64,000 bases of DNA from an uncultured Actinomycetes bacterium (GTDB lineage Bacteria; Actinomycetota; Acidimicrobiia; Acidimicrobiales; CAVTQP01): positions 70,159-134,158 of the forward strand of contig CAVTQP010000001.1 in the NCBI GenBank assembly GCA_963736925.1, read 5' to 3'. The first letter of the stretch is position 1. Each line of letters opens with the position of its first letter. A program made the position numbers and the translations under genes. Below, piece after piece: positions 19,843 through 34,209 of this stretch. Below the pieces are notes generated by a model, which saw nothing but the letters and a program-made list of their open reading frames with translations, had not been told where the DNA came from and did no database searches.

Positions 19843-21939
19843 CTACTCGCCGCGCACCCGGGCCACGATCTCGCGGGCGATGGCGTCGGGCACTTCTTGG
19901 TACGAGCTGAACTGCATGGTGTACGTAGCACGACCCTGCGTGCGAGACCGCAGGTCGGTAGCGTAGCCGAACATATCGGACAACGGGACAAGCCCGTGAA
20001 TGACGTGACTGGTGCCCCTTTGCTCCATACCCTCTACCTTGCCTCTTCGGGAGGAGAGGTCCCCGATGACGTCGCCCATGTACTCCTCGGGGGTGACCAC
20101 CTCCACGGCCATTATCGGCTCCAACAGGACGGGCCTTGCGGCTCTGGCCGCCTTCTTGACAGCCATGGATCCGGCGATCCTGAAGGCCATCTCGGAGGAG
20201 TCGACCTCGTGGTATGAGCCGTCGACGAGTGTCGCACGGACGTCGACCACCGGGTATCCGGCCAGGACCCCCGAGGTCAGGGCCTCCTGGATCCCTGCGT
20301 CCACCGAGGGGATGTACTCCTTGGGGACGACCCCCCCGCTGATCTTGTCCACGAACTCGTAGCCGCCGCCGGGCCCGGTGGGCTCCAGGTTGATCACCAC
20401 GTGCCCGTACTGGCCCCGGCCGCCGGTCTGGCGGACGTAGCGCTCCTCGACCTTCTGCGCGGCACGCTTGATGGTCTCCCGGTACGCCACCTGGGGCCGG
20501 CCCACGTGAGCGTCGACGTTGAACTCGCGAAGCATGCGGTCGATCAGCACCTCCAGGTGGAGCTCACCCATTCCCGAGATCACCGTCTGGCCGGTGTCCT
20601 CGTCGGTGTGAACCTGGAAGGTGGGATCCTCCTCGGAGAGGGAGAAGAGGGCCTTGCCCAGCTTGTCCTGGTCCGCCTTGGTCTTGGGCTCGACCGCGAC
20701 ATGGATGACGGGCTCTGGGAACTCGAGCGACTCCAAGACGATGGCAGCGGACGGATCGCACAGGGTGTCACCGGTGGAGGTCACCTTGAGTCCGACCGCT
20801 GCGACTATGTCGCCCGCGAAGATCACGTCCTTGTCCTCTCGGTGATTGGCGTGCATCTGGAGGATGCGGCCCACTCTCTCCTTTCGATCCTTGGTGGAGT
20901 TGAGCACGGACGAGCCCTTCTCGAGGGTGCCGCTGTAAACCCGGAAATAGGTGAGCTTGCCCACGTAGGGATCGCTCATGATCTTGAACGCCAGGGCCGC
21001 GAACGGTTCGGAGTCCTCGGGCGCGCGCTCCAGCTCCTCGATCCCCTTGGTGTCCATTCCCTTGGTCGGCGGGACGTCGAGCGGGCTGGGCAGGTAGTCG
21101 GCGATGGCGTCCAGCATCGGCTGCACGCCCTTGTTCTTGAACGCCGACCCGCACAGGACCGGCACGACGTGGTTGGCTACGGTGCCCCTACGCAGGGCCT
21201 TACGAAGGTCGTCTGCGCGCAGGTCCTCGTCGCTCAGGTACTTCTCGGTGACGTCGTCGTCGAACTCCGAGAGCACGTCTATGAGCCGGTGCCGGCCAGC
21301 CTCGGCCGCGTCGGACAGCTCGGCGGGAATCTCCTCGACCGACCAGCTCTCGCCCATCCCTTCGGGCCAGACCAGCGCCTTCATGTTCAACAGGTCTATG
21401 CAGCCACGGAAGTGCCCCTCGGCACCCATCGGCAGCTGGACCACCGCCGGGACCGCGTCGAGGCGATCGCGGATCATCGACACCGCGCCGGGGAAGTCCG
21501 CTCCGATGCGGTCCATCTTGTTGATGAAGCAGATCCTCGGCACGTGGTACTTGTCCGCCTGGCGCCACACGGTCTCGGTCTGGGGCTCCACCCCGGCTAC
21601 CGCGTCGAATATGGCGACGGCCCCGTCGAGGACCCGAAGCGACCTTTCGACCTCCACGGTGAAGTCGACGTGGCCCGGTGTGTCGATGATGTTGATCCAG
21701 GTGTTCTTCCACTTGCACGTGGTGGCGGCGGAGGTGATGGTGATGCCCCGCTCCTGCTCCTGGACCATCCAGTCCATGGTCGCGGCGCCCTCGTGGACCT
21801 CTCCGATCTTGTAGTTCTTGCCCGTGTAATAGAGGATCCGCTCGGTCGTGGTGGTCTTGCCCGCGTCGATATGGGCCATGATCCCGATGTTGCGGGTCCT
21901 GGCTAGGGGAAACTCTCTGATCGGCTTGGTTGCGGCCAT
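19843..21939 (-). CDS. fusA: Elongation factor G
   Basis: 698 aa with ...[25 protein letters not shown]... Confidence 0.98.
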   Translation of the reverse strand: MAATKPIREFPLARTRNIGIMAHIDAGKTTTTERILYYTGKNYKIGEVHEGAATMDWMVQEQERGITITSAATTCKWKNTWINIIDTPGHVDFTVEVERSLRVLDGAVAIFDAVAGVEPQTETVWRQADKYHVPRICFINKMDRIGADFPGAVSMIRDRLDAVPAVVQLPMGAEGHFRGCIDLLNMKALVWPEGMGESWSVEEIPAELSDAAEAGRHRLIDVLSEFDDDVTEKYLSDEDLRADDLRKALRRGTVANHVVPVLCGSAFKNKGVQPMLDAIADYLPSPLDVPPTKGMDTKGIEELERAPEDSEPFAALAFKIMSDPYVGKLTYFRVYSGTLEKGSSVLNSTKDRKERVGRILQMHANHREDKDVIFAGDIVAAVGLKVTSTGDTLCDPSAAIVLESLEFPEPVIHVAVEPKTKADQDKLGKALFSLSEEDPTFQVHTDEDTGQTVISGMGELHLEVLIDRMLREFNVDAHVGRPQVAYRETIKRAAQKVEERYVRQTGGRGQYGHVVINLEPTGPGGGYEFVDKISGGVVPKEYIPSVDAGIQEALTSGVLAGYPVVDVRATLVDGSYHEVDSSEMAFRIAGSMAVKKAARAARPVLLEPIMAVEVVTPEEYMGDVIGDLSSRRGKVEGMEQRGTSHVIHGLVPLSDMFGYATDLRSRTQGRATYTMQFSSYQEVPDAIAREIVARVRGE

Positions 21940-22020
21940 CTCGTCTTCTCTTCTTCAGTTTCTTCTGTCTGAGCTCTTCTTCTGCTCTTCTGGTCTTTTG
22001 ATGCGTTTGCGTTGCCCGTT
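21940..22020 (-). other. Purine-rich (A/G) low-GC 5' leader directly upstream of fusA
   Basis: The minus strand reads ...CAAACGCATCAAAAGACCAGAAGAGCAGAAGAAGAGCTCAGACAGAAGAAACTGAAGAAGAGAAGACGAG-ATG. The composition stands out against the surrounding high-GC sequence. Confidence 0.6.
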
Positions 22021-22104
22021 TGAGCCGTCCGGAGGCCTTGGTGGACCGGGGACCTGGGCGAGTGGGGGAACCTCGCGCCGACCTCGAGCTTGGGCCGCGA
22101 GCCC

Positions 22105-22575
22105 CTACCAGCGGTAGTGGGCGAAGGCCTTGTTGGACTCGGCCATCTTGTGCAGGTCCTCCCTGCGCTTCACCGCCGCCCCCACGTTGTTGGAGGCGTC
22201 GAGCAGCTCATTGGCCAAGCGCTGGGCCATGCTCTTCTCCCGGCGCTGGTGTGCGTACCCGACCAGCCACCTGATCGAGAGCGTCGTCGCCCGTCTGGGG
22301 CGCACCTCGACCGGGACCTGGTATGTGGCACCGCCCACCCGCCGGCTGCGCACCTCGAGCTCGGGTCGTGCGTTGTCGACGGCTCGCTTGAGCGTCGACA
22401 GCGGCTCGGCCCCGGCCCGATCCCGTACGTGGTCGAGGGCGTCGTACACGATCCGCTCGGCGAGGGTTCGCTTTCCCTCGGACAAGACCTTGTTCACCAC
22501 CTGGGTGACCAGGATCGACTTGTAGACGGGGTCGGGCATCAGCTCCCGCCGGGGAGACGGCCCTCTGCGAGGCAT
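22105..22575 (-). CDS. rpsG: 30S ribosomal protein S7
   Basis: 156 aa, [31 protein letters not shown]... Confidence 0.97.
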   Translation of the reverse strand: MPRRGPSPRRELMPDPVYKSILVTQVVNKVLSEGKRTLAERIVYDALDHVRDRAGAEPLSTLKRAVDNARPELEVRSRRVGGATYQVPVEVRPRRATTLSIRWLVGYAHQRREKSMAQRLANELLDASNNVGAAVKRREDLHKMAESNKAFAHYRW

Positions 22576-22946
22576 TAGGACTCCCTCTTTACCCCGTAGC
22601 GGCTGCGGGCCTGGTTGCGTTCACGCACCCCCGAGGTGTCCAGGCTGCCCCGCACGACCTTGTACCTCACGCCGGGGAGGTCCTTGACCCGGCCCCCCCT
22701 CACCAGCACGATCGAGTGTTCCTGGAGGTTGTGGCCCACCCCTGGGATGTAGGCGGTGATCTCCACCCCGCTCGTGAGACGCACGCGCGCCACCTTGCGC
22801 AGAGCCGAGTTGGGCTTCTTCGGGGTCATTGTGTAGACGCGCGTGCACACCCCGCGGCGCTGTGGCGCGGCGCGCAGGGCAGGGGTCTTGGTCTTCGACT
22901 GCTTCGAAGACCTGCCCTTGCGGACCAGCTGGGAGATGGTGGGCAC
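22575..22946 (-). CDS. rpsL: 30S ribosomal protein S12
   Basis: 123 aa, (M)[23 protein letters not shown]...[19 protein letters not shown]... GTG start. Confidence 0.97.
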   Translation of the reverse strand: MPTISQLVRKGRSSKQSKTKTPALRAAPQRRGVCTRVYTMTPKKPNSALRKVARVRLTSGVEITAYIPGVGHNLQEHSIVLVRGGRVKDLPGVRYKVVRGSLDTSGVRERNQARSRYGVKRES

Positions 22947-23011
22947 GCGTTGGCCTCTCGCAGGCTTCCTTGGTTCCGGCAGGCGCGCGCTACGCGCCGA
23001 CCCGACCGGGC

Positions 23012-23041
23012 ATTGTACGGTTCACGGGCGTCTGGCGGCAA
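23012..23041 (-). promoter_or_regulatory. Candidate promoter of the rpsL-rpsG-fusA-tuf unit (-35 TTGCCG, 18 nt spacer, -10 TACAAT)
   Basis: Minus-strand TTGCCG at 23041..23036 and TACAAT at 23017..23012, about 65 nt upstream of the rpsL GTG. Motif match only. Confidence 0.35.
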
Positions 23042-23064
23042 GGCACGCCCGCCGCACAGACGCC
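23027..23064 (-). terminator. Long GC hairpin downstream of rpoC (possible U-tract-less terminator; overlaps the -35 above)
   Basis: Minus strand: GGCGTCTG-u-GCGGC-gggcgugccuu-GCCGC-CAGACGCC (8+5 bp stem). No following U run, so its function is uncertain. Confidence 0.25.
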
Positions 23065-23159
23065 GACCAGTTTAGCCGCGCCAAGGCCAGGGCCAAGTGC
23101 CAGCTGCCGACTAGGGCCTGACTGACCCTATCGCCACAGCGAGACCGGCCATGGCGTGC

Positions 23160-26100
23160 CTAGGACGCTGGCTCGGCGGTCTCCCCTTCCTGGTACCCCG
23201 CTTCGGCGGGCTCCTCAGGCGAGTCGCCCGAGAGCCAGGCCGCCTCGACACGAGACTCTTCGGCAGGCTCCTCGGTCGAGCCTCCACGGAACCACGCCGC
23301 AAGGCCCTCTGTCTCGCCTTGGATGTCCGAAGACCAAAATTGGAGCTGTTCGTGGTCGGGGGTGTCGATCGCGATCGACCGGTAGCGGCCCATCCCCGTG
23401 CCCGCCGGTATGAGCTTGCCGATGATGATGTTCTCCTTGAGGCCGAACAGCAGGTCCGACCGGCTCTCGATGGCCGCCTCGGTGAGAACCCTGGTGGTCT
23501 CCTGGAAGGAGGCCGCGGACAGCCAAGAGTCGGTGGCGAGCGAGGCCTTGGTTATCCCCATCAGCTCGGGCCTTCCCTCCGCGGGCTGGCTTCCCTCCTG
23601 GACCAGGTTGCGGTTGACATCCGCGTAGGTACGGTTGTCCACCCGTTCGCCGGGAAGGAACGGGGAGTCGCCCGGTTCGGCCACCGACACCCTGCGCAGC
23701 ATCTGCCGCACGATCAGCTCTATGTGCTTGTCGTGGATCGACACCCCCTGGTCCCTGTAGACCTTTTGAACCTCTTCGACCAGGTACTGCTGGGTCTCCC
23801 GGATTCCTTTGATCTCCAACAGCTCCTTGGGGTCCTTGGGACCCTCGACGAGGGGATCCCCCGCGGTGACCTCGGACCCGTCGGTGACCTCGAGGTGGGC
23901 GCGAGGCGACACGCTGTAGGAGTCCTCCGATCCGTCGTCGCTCACGATCGTGATGCGGCGGCCGTTCTCCTCCTCCGCGATCCGGACCACCCCCGATGTG
24001 CGAGCCAGCACCGCCGCCCCCTTGGGGGTGCGTGCCTCGAACAGCTCGACGACCCTGGGCAGCCCGTGGGTGATGTCCTCGCCGGCGATCCCGCCCGTGT
24101 GGAACGTGCGCATGGTGAGCTGGGTCCCGGGCTCGCCGATGGACTGGGCCGCAATGACCCCCACACCCTCGCCCTGTTCGATCATGCGGCCTGTTGCCAG
24201 CGACTGGCCGTAGCAGGTGGCGCACACGCCGTGCTCGGCCTCGCAGGTGAGCACGGACCTCACCCGAACCCGGGTGACCGCGGGATCGTCGCGCAGCTTC
24301 CGGACGTCGTCATCGCCCAAGAGCGTGCTGGCCTCCAACTTGCTGCCTTCGGAAAGCTCCACGTCTTCTGTCAGAGCCCTGCCGTAGGCCCTCGTCTCCA
24401 GATAGTTGCGCCGGCCCGGCTCGTCGGGCGTGAAATCCTCTATCCAGACGCCGCGCCCGGTGCCGCAATCCTCCTCGCGCACGATGAGCTCCTGGGCCAC
24501 GTCGACCAGGCGGCGCGTCAGGTACCCCGAGTCGGCGGTCCTCAAGGCGGTGTCGGCAAGTCCCTTGCGGGCACCGTGGGTGGAGATGAAGTACTCGAGA
24601 ACCGACAGTCCCTCCCTGAAGGAGGACTTGATCGGCCGGGGGATCATCTCTCCACGTGGGTTGGAGACCAGGCCCTTCATGCCGGCGATCTGGCGGACCT
24701 GCTGGGAGTTACCCCTGGCTCCGGAGTCGACCATCATGTCCAAGGGGTTGAACGGCATGGTCGAAAGGGTCTTCTCCATGGCCCGACCTACCTCGGAGTT
24801 GGCCGAGGTCCAGATCTCGATCTCCTTCTGACGCCGCTCGTCATCGGTGATGATGCCGCGATTGAACTGGGTCTCGGCCTTCTCGGCCTCCTTCTCGTAA
24901 CGGTCGAGGATGCTCGCCTTCTCGGGCGGGTTCCGCACGTCGTCGATGGAGATCGTCAAGCCCGAGCGCGCCGCGTACCTGAAACCGAGGTCCTTTATCT
25001 TGTCCAGGCTCTGGGCAACGTCGGCTTTGGGGAAGTTCGAGGAGATCTCCTCCACGATCGAGCCCACGCTGGTGTTTCGCCTCCCCACCACCTCGTTGAC
25101 GAAACGGAACCCATTTGGAAGCGCTGTGTTGAAGATGATGCGTCCGGGTGTCGTCTCGACCTCGAAGGGGCTCACACCCTCCTCGTCGTCCACCGCCGGG
25201 GCTGATCCGTTCCCCCCGAGGTCACCGGTCAGGTGCCCGTTCAAGTCGGCGGGATCCAGGCCGCGCAGCCTCACCTTCGCGTGGACCGAGACCGCGCCGG
25301 AGTCGTACGCGGCTTCCACCTCGTGAAGATGGCGGAAGACCCGTCCTTCGCCCCGCGCTCCGTCCACGGCGAGGGTCAGGTAGTAGATACCGAACACCAT
25401 GTCCTGGGTGGGGACTGTGATGGGCCGTCCGGTGGCAGGCGACAGGATGTTATTGGCCGACAGCATCAGGACCCGAGCCTCGGCCTGCGCCTCGGCCGAC
25501 AGAGGCACGTGCACCGCCATCTGGTCACCGTCGAAGTCGGCGTTGAAGGCTGTGCAGACCAGAGGGTGGATCTGGATGGCCTTGCCCTCCACCAGGACCG
25601 GCTCGAAGGCCTGGATCCCCAGCCTGTGAAGGGTGGGAGCCCGGTTCAAAAGGACGGGGTGCTCCTTGATGACGTCTTCCAGAACGTCCCATACCTGGGG
25701 CCGTCGCCGCTCGACCATGCGCTTGGCGGACTTGATGTTCTGGGCGATCTCGGAGTCGACGAGCCGCTTCATCACGAAGGGCTTGAACAGCTCCAGGGCC
25801 ATCTGCTTGGGGAGGCCGCACTGGTGGAGCTTCAGCGTCGGGCCGATGACGATGACCGACCGTCCCGAGTAGTCGACACGCTTACCGAGCAGATTCTGGC
25901 GGAACCGTCCCTGCTTGCCCTTGAGCATGTCCGACAGGCTCTTCAGTGGGCGGTTCCCGGGTCCCGTCACCGGCCGCCCGCGCCTGCCGTTGTCGAACAG
26001 GGCGTCCACCGCCTCCTGGAGCATCCTCTTCTCGTTGTTGACGATGATCTCGGGGGCGCCGAGATCGAGCAGCCTCTTGAGGCGGTTGTTGCGGTTGATG

Positions 26101-27197
26101 ACCCTGCGGTAGAGGTCGTTCAGGTCGGAGGTGGCGAAGCGCCCTCCGTCGAGCTGGACCATGGGGCGCAAGTCCGGCGGGATCACCGGCACCGCGTCGA
26201 GGATCATCGCCCTCGGATCGTTGATGCGCCGACCGTTGTCATCCATGCGATTGAAGGCCGAGACGATCTTGAGGCGCTTGATTGCCTTCTGCTTGCGCTG
26301 GGCCGAGAGCGGACGCCGGCCGTCAGATGGATCGATCGCCTCGCGGAGCTTGATCTCCTCCTCCGCCAGGTCGATCCGGTCGATCAGCCGGGCGATGGCC
26401 TCCGCACCCATGCCCCCCTCGAAGTAGTCGGCGTAGCGCTCCCATATCTCCCGCCACAGCAGCTCGTCCTCGATGATCTTGCGGGGGTACAGGTCGCGGA
26501 ACTCGTCGAAGGCCTGCTGTGCCAGCTCCTTCTCGGCGTCGGCGCGCTCCCTCATCGCCGCGATGTCTCTCTCGACGGCCTTCTGGCGGGACTTGATCTC
26601 GGAGTCTTTTGCGCCTTCCTTCTCCAGACCTGCCAGATCCTGTTCGAGGGCCTTGTAGCGCCGGTCGATGTCGAGGTCCCGCTTGCGCTCGATGTCGGAG
26701 AGCTCCTGGGCCAGATCGGCCTCGAGCGTGGGCAGGTCGGTATGGCGGCGCTCCTCGTCCACCCAGGTGACGAGATTGGCTGCGAAGTAGATCACCTTCT
26801 CGAGCTGCTTGGCCTTCAGCTCCTCCCGCACCTCGGTGCCCATCAGCAGGTAGGCAAGCCACGACCTCGTCCCGCGCAGGTACCAGATATGCACCACCGG
26901 GGCGGCCAGCTCGATGTGGCCCATGCGCTCACGGCGAACCTTCGAACGGGTGACCTCGACCCCGCAGCGCTCACAGATGATCCCTCGAAAGCGGACCCTC
27001 TTGTACTTGCCGCAGTAGCACTCCCAGTCCTTGGTGGGGCCGAAGATCTTCTCGCAGAACAACCCATCCTTCTCCGGCCGCAGGGTCCGGTAGTTGATGG
27101 TCTCGGGCTTCTTGACCTCCCCGTTGGACCAGTGCCGAATGGAGTCGGCGGTGGCCAGCCCTATACGAAGCTGGTCGAAGTTGTTGACATCGAGCAC
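23160..27197 (-). CDS. rpoC: DNA-directed RNA polymerase beta' subunit
   Basis: 1345 aa, (M)[53 protein letters not shown]...[12 protein letters not shown]... The GTG start directly abuts the rpoB TAG. Confidence 0.99.
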   Translation of the reverse strand: MLDVNNFDQLRIGLATADSIRHWSNGEVKKPETINYRTLRPEKDGLFCEKIFGPTKDWECYCGKYKRVRFRGIICERCGVEVTRSKVRRERMGHIELAAPVVHIWYLRGTRSWLAYLLMGTEVREELKAKQLEKVIYFAANLVTWVDEERRHTDLPTLEADLAQELSDIERKRDLDIDRRYKALEQDLAGLEKEGAKDSEIKSRQKAVERDIAAMRERADAEKELAQQAFDEFRDLYPRKIIEDELLWREIWERYADYFEGGMGAEAIARLIDRIDLAEEEIKLREAIDPSDGRRPLSAQRKQKAIKRLKIVSAFNRMDDNGRRINDPRAMILDAVPVIPPDLRPMVQLDGGRFATSDLNDLYRRVINRNNRLKRLLDLGAPEIIVNNEKRMLQEAVDALFDNGRRGRPVTGPGNRPLKSLSDMLKGKQGRFRQNLLGKRVDYSGRSVIVIGPTLKLHQCGLPKQMALELFKPFVMKRLVDSEIAQNIKSAKRMVERRRPQVWDVLEDVIKEHPVLLNRAPTLHRLGIQAFEPVLVEGKAIQIHPLVCTAFNADFDGDQMAVHVPLSAEAQAEARVLMLSANNILSPATGRPITVPTQDMVFGIYYLTLAVDGARGEGRVFRHLHEVEAAYDSGAVSVHAKVRLRGLDPADLNGHLTGDLGGNGSAPAVDDEEGVSPFEVETTPGRIIFNTALPNGFRFVNEVVGRRNTSVGSIVEEISSNFPKADVAQSLDKIKDLGFRYAARSGLTISIDDVRNPPEKASILDRYEKEAEKAETQFNRGIITDDERRQKEIEIWTSANSEVGRAMEKTLSTMPFNPLDMMVDSGARGNSQQVRQIAGMKGLVSNPRGEMIPRPIKSSFREGLSVLEYFISTHGARKGLADTALRTADSGYLTRRLVDVAQELIVREEDCGTGRGVWIEDFTPDEPGRRNYLETRAYGRALTEDVELSEGSKLEASTLLGDDDVRKLRDDPAVTRVRVRSVLTCEAEHGVCATCYGQSLATGRMIEQGEGVGVIAAQSIGEPGTQLTMRTFHTGGIAGEDITHGLPRVVELFEARTPKGAAVLARTSGVVRIAEEENGRRITIVSDDGSEDSYSVSPRAHLEVTDGSEVTAGDPLVEGPKDPKELLEIKGIRETQQYLVEEVQKVYRDQGVSIHDKHIELIVRQMLRRVSVAEPGDSPFLPGERVDNRTYADVNRNLVQEGSQPAEGRPELMGITKASLATDSWLSAASFQETTRVLTEAAIESRSDLLFGLKENIIIGKLIPAGTGMGRYRSIAIDTPDHEQLQFWSSDIQGETEGLAAWFRGGSTEEPAEESRVEAAWLSGDSPEEPAEAGYQEGETAEPAS

Positions 27198-30758
<3,561 letters not shown>

Positions 30759-30862
30759 GGGCTGCTCCTCGCTAAGAAAAGGGAGACCGACGGGCGACCG
30801 GGACGCGCGGGGTCAAGCGGCTAGAGGTGAAGACGCGTGAAAGGCGGGCACGGCAACCCGAA

Positions 30863-30891
30863 ATCATAACGCGGAACGCCAGGCCCCGCAA
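30863..30891 (-). promoter_or_regulatory. Candidate rpoBC promoter (-35 TTGCGG, 17 nt spacer, -10 TATGAT)
   Basis: Minus-strand TTGCGG at 30891..30886 and TATGAT at 30868..30863 in the 210-nt rplL-rpoB spacer. A second candidate (TTGACC, 17 nt, TAGCCT) lies nearer rplL. Motif matches only. Confidence 0.3.
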
Positions 30892-30968
30892 CCCCCTACG
30901 GTCGGGAATCCGGGGGAAGGCTAGGTTGGGGACCGCGCCAGGTCAAGGGATTCGGGTGAGCTGCCTCC

Positions 30969-31352
30969 TTACTTGAGTTCGACGGTCGCTCCCGCCCCCT
31001 CCAGCTGGCTCTTGGCCTTCTCGGCGTCGTCCTTCGATGCCTTTTCCAACACAGGCTTGGGCGCGGCGTCGACCAGGTCCTTGGCCTCCTTGAGGCCCAA
31101 GCTGGTGAGGGCACGGACCTCCTTGATGACCTGGATCTTCTTGTCACCGGCAGATGAGAGGACCACGTCGAACTCGTCCTTTTCCTCGGCCTCGGCCGCC
31201 TCTGGGGGAGCTCCGCCCGCCGGGGCCGCCGCTACGGCCACAGGCGCTGCGGCGGTCACGCCGAAGCGCTCCTCGAACTCCTTGAGAAGCTCGCTCAGCT
31301 CGAGAACCGTCATGTTGGCGATCCCGTCGAGGATCTCTTCCTTGGTTGCCAT
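30969..31352 (-). CDS. rplL: 50S ribosomal protein L7/L12
   Basis: 127 aa, [32 protein letters not shown]...[19 protein letters not shown]... Confidence 0.97.
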   Translation of the reverse strand: MATKEEILDGIANMTVLELSELLKEFEERFGVTAAAPVAVAAAPAGGAPPEAAEAEEKDEFDVVLSSAGDKKIQVIKEVRALTSLGLKEAKDLVDAAPKPVLEKASKDDAEKAKSQLEGAGATVELK

Positions 31353-31366
31353 CTGCTTCGTCTCTC

Positions 31367-31924
31367 CTATGTCTGTCCTCTTGGTGTCTGTCCCGTTGGT
31401 CTGTCCTCTTCGCGGTCCACCAGCGCCCTGAGACCGTAGGCGAGGTCCCGTGGTGGCGCCTGCAAGAGACCGGCCATTCGCTGGAGCGGCGCGGCAAGCG
31501 CCCCGGCCATGGTAGAGAGGAGCACCTCTCGCGAGGGGAGCTCGGCCAGTGCCGTCGCATCCGACGCCGACAGGAACCCCCTGTCCAGCAGGCCTCCCTT
31601 TATGACCAGGCTCGGATTTGTCCTGGAGAAGTCCCTCAGCGCCTTGGCGACCCGCGCGGCGTCACCCCGGACGAACGCGATGGCCGTCGGACCCTCCAAA
31701 AGGGGCTCCAGCTCGGAGAGCTCGTCACCCCGGACGGCCAGGCGTACCAAGGTGTTCTTGTACACCTTGTAGTCGCCACCCACCTGGCGAATGGAACGAC
31801 GCAGCGCCGCCAGGGCGGGCACCGAAAGCCCTCGGTACTCGGTGAGGAGGGCCGCGTCAGCCGAGGAGAGGCGCCGACGCACCTCTTCCACCGTCGCCAC
31901 CTTCTCGGGCCTCGGGCCCTCCAT
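31367..31924 (-). CDS. rplJ: 50S ribosomal protein L10
   Basis: ATG 31924 preceded by GGAGGAAAGAAG. 185 aa, [35 protein letters not shown]... Confidence 0.94.
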   Translation of the reverse strand: MEGPRPEKVATVEEVRRRLSSADAALLTEYRGLSVPALAALRRSIRQVGGDYKVYKNTLVRLAVRGDELSELEPLLEGPTAIAFVRGDAARVAKALRDFSRTNPSLVIKGGLLDRGFLSASDATALAELPSREVLLSTMAGALAAPLQRMAGLLQAPPRDLAYGLRALVDREEDRPTGQTPRGQT

Positions 31925-32089
31925 CTTCTTTCCTCCCTCGAGAGACCGCTCGGACCACCCGACCATGGGCCGGCACGAACCCTCAAACAGCTCTCGAGGT
32001 TCGCCTCGTCAGGCGGGCCTGGGCCCTTTGAGCGCGGAGCGCACCGGATTTCTACGGCGGTGGGTTGCCGAAGTTTCGACGAAAGGATA
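31925..32089 (-). promoter_or_regulatory. rplJ 5' leader region (position expected for an L10-type autoregulatory leader)
   Basis: 165-nt non-coding spacer between rplA and rplJ. Assignment is by position only; I did not verify the fold. Confidence 0.25.
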
Positions 32090-32815
32090 CTACGCGGATA
32101 CCGCGAGCTCCTCATCGGTGATCTTCACCCGATTGGGATCCACCCGGATTCCGGGCCCCATCGTCGAGGCCAGGGTGACCGACCTCAAGTAGCGGCCCTT
32201 GGAGGCGGCCGGCTTCGCCCGCTGGAGCTCCTCGATCACCGCCCGGATGTTCTCGAGCAGCTTGGCCCTGTCGAAGGTGGCCTTCCCGATGGGTACGTGC
32301 ACGTTGCCCACCTTGTCGGTGCGGTACTCCACCCTGCCCCCCTTGAACTCGACCACCGCCTTCGCAACGTCAGCGGTCACGGTGCCTGTCTTGGGGTTGG
32401 GCATCAGGCCGCGCGGCCCGAGGATGCGACCGAGGCGTCCCACCTGTCCCATCAGGTCGGGCGAGGCGATGGCCACGTCGAAATCCAAGAATCCCTGGTC
32501 GGAGACCCGGGCGACCAGGTCGTCGGCGCCGACCACGTCCGCACCGGCCTCTCGGGCCTGGGTGGCGTCCTGCCCCGACGCGAAGACTGCTACGCGTGCG
32601 GTCTTGCCCGTGCCCGCGGGAAGGACAACAGTGCCTCGCACGATCTGGTCCGCCCGCCTGGGATCGACGCCCAGTCGCACGTCGAGCTCCACGGTCTCGT
32701 CGAACTTGGCCGTGGCCAAGCTCTTGACCAGCTCGACGGCCTCGTTGACGGGGTAGAGCCGCTGTCCCTCGAGACGCTGGAGAGCGTCGGAGTACCTCTT
32801 GCCTTTGGCTGGCAA
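32090..32815 (-). CDS. rplA: 50S ribosomal protein L1
   Basis: 241 aa, (M)[43 protein letters not shown]... TTG start with AGGAGA upstream. Confidence 0.96.
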   Translation of the reverse strand: MPAKGKRYSDALQRLEGQRLYPVNEAVELVKSLATAKFDETVELDVRLGVDPRRADQIVRGTVVLPAGTGKTARVAVFASGQDATQAREAGADVVGADDLVARVSDQGFLDFDVAIASPDLMGQVGRLGRILGPRGLMPNPKTGTVTADVAKAVVEFKGGRVEYRTDKVGNVHVPIGKATFDRAKLLENIRAVIEELQRAKPAASKGRYLRSVTLASTMGPGIRVDPNRVKITDEELAVSA

Positions 32816-32833
32816 TCTCTCGTCTCCTGGTTC

Positions 32834-32851
32834 GTGTGTGTGTGTGTGTGT
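32834..32851. repeat. (GT)9 dinucleotide microsatellite ((CA)9 in the mRNA sense)
   Basis: gtgtgtgtgtgtgtgtgt at 32834-32851, 19-36 nt upstream of the rplA TTG start. Confidence 0.98.
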
Positions 32852-32854
32852 CCG

Positions 32855-32923
32855 GTCACCGCCTGACGGCAGTGTCTGTCACCGCCTGACGGCAATGTCT
32901 GTCACCGCCTGACGGCAATGCCC
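32855..32923. repeat. 23-bp tandem repeat, 3 copies, containing the rplK 3' end
   Basis: gtcaccgcctgacggcaRtgtct at 32855-32877 and 32878-32900, plus gtcaccgcctgacggcaatgccc at 32901-32923. The third copy encodes the last codons of rplK (IAVRR-TGA). Confidence 0.97.
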
Positions 32924-33330
32924 ATGGAGCGGGCAGTTCCCTCGATCTGGCGCTTGGCCGAGTCCGCGTCGTTCGCGTTCAGGTCGCGCATCTTTGTCTC
33001 GGCGATCTCGCCCAGCTGGGTCTCGGTGATCGTACCGACCACCTCCCGGCCGCTGGTCTGAGCCCCCTTCTCCACACCTGCCGCCTGTCGGAGCAGAACG
33101 GTCGTCGGGGGCGTCTTGAGCACGAAGGAGAACGAGCGGTCCTCGAAGATCGTGATCTCGGCGGGGATGATCGAGCCTCGCTGGTTCTCAGTCGCCTCGT
33201 TGTACTGCCTGCAGAACTCCATCGTCTGCACGCCGTGAGGACCGAGGACCGTGCCCACGGGCGGAGCCGGCGTGGCCTGGCCGGCCGGCAGCTGGATCTT
33301 CACGAGCGCCGCGACGCGCTTTTTCGCCAT
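32902..33330 (-). CDS. rplK: 50S ribosomal protein L11
   Basis: 142 aa, [44 protein letters not shown]... Confidence 0.97.
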   Translation of the reverse strand: MAKKRVAALVKIQLPAGQATPAPPVGTVLGPHGVQTMEFCRQYNEATENQRGSIIPAEITIFEDRSFSFVLKTPPTTVLLRQAAGVEKGAQTSGREVVGTITETQLGEIAETKMRDLNANDADSAKRQIEGTARSMGIAVRR

Positions 33331-33372
33331 CAGAGCTTCCTTCTCGTCGACATTGACGTGGCTCCTTGCGAG

Positions 33373-34191
33373 CTACAGCTTGGCCACTTGGCTGAATTCG
33401 AGCTCGACAGGAGTCTCCCGGCCGAAGATGTTCACCAGCACCTTGAGCTTCAGCTGGTCCTCGTTGATCTCGGCGATCTGGCCGGAGAAGTCGGCAAAGG
33501 GTCCTTCCCTGACGCGGACCGTCTCGCCCACCTCGTGCTCCAAGCGGGGCCGGGTCTTCTTGACGACCTCCGCCCCCTCGATCTTGACCTGGAGGATGCC
33601 CTCGACCTCCCGCCGGGAGAGAGGGGTCGGCTTGGTCCCGGGCCCGACGAAGCCGGTGACCCCCGGCGTGTTGCGGATCACCGTCCAGGAGTCGTCGTCC
33701 AGCTCGCACCTGGTGAGCAGGTAGCCCGGAAACACCTTCTTGGAGACCACGACCTTGCGGCCCCCCTTGAACTCGACGACGTCCTCCATGGGGATGACCA
33801 CCTCGTAGATGCGGTCCTCCATGTTCATGGACGAGATACGGCTCTCCAGATTGGACTTGACCTTGTTCTCGTAGCCGGCGTACGTGTGCACGACGAACCA
33901 CCTGCCAGGCCGGTCGTATGGGCTGTCGACGTCGGGACCAGGCACCTCCTCGTCCGCGGAAGGCTCCTCGGCGAGTCCCTCCGACTCGGCCAGGAGCTCC
34001 TCGGCGCTTATCGCATCGCCCGAATCGACCGGCTCCTCCTCACCGTGGGCCTCTTCGGCCTCGCTCGGCTCTCCGGCCTCGAACACGACGCTCTCCTCCT
34101 CGCCCTGGGCGTCGGCCTCACCGGCGTCGTCGGCGTCACCCGCGTCGTCGGCCCGGGGTTCGCTGTGGTCGGTGGACACTGAATCACTCAT
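33373..34191 (-). CDS. nusG: Transcription termination/antitermination factor NusG with a ~100-aa acidic N-terminal extension
   Basis: The core [22 protein letters not shown]... plus the KOW region are preceded by an Asp/Glu-rich N-terminus. ATG 34191 is preferred. An upstream GTG at 34206 is possible but would overlap the secE stop. Confidence 0.92.
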   Translation of the reverse strand: MSDSVSTDHSEPRADDAGDADDAGEADAQGEEESVVFEAGEPSEAEEAHGEEEPVDSGDAISAEELLAESEGLAEEPSADEEVPGPDVDSPYDRPGRWFVVHTYAGYENKVKSNLESRISSMNMEDRIYEVVIPMEDVVEFKGGRKVVVSKKVFPGYLLTRCELDDDSWTVIRNTPGVTGFVGPGTKPTPLSRREVEGILQVKIEGAEVVKKTRPRLEHEVGETVRVREGPFADFSGQIAEINEDQLKLKVLVNIFGRETPVELEFSQVAKL

Positions 34192-34209
34192 TTGACACTG
34201 AATCACTCA
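34175..34209. repeat. 16-bp perfect direct repeat, period 19, at the secE/nusG junction
   Basis: gacactgaatcactca at 34175-34190 and again at 34194-34209. One copy carries the secE TGA. The nusG ATG (34191..34189) takes its TG from the end of the other copy, with the A from the 3-nt spacer. Confidence 0.95.

Noticed and set aside
32590-32895. Minus-strand ORF of 101 aa containing a THTHTHT motif.
   Set aside because: The His-Thr run is just the (CA)9 microsatellite read in frame. The ORF otherwise overlaps rplA out of frame.
32855-32923. The 23-bp x3 repeat considered as a possible mini-CRISPR array.
   Set aside because: The copies are directly contiguous with no spacers, the unit is shorter than CRISPR repeats, no cas genes are nearby, and one copy is simply the end of rplK.
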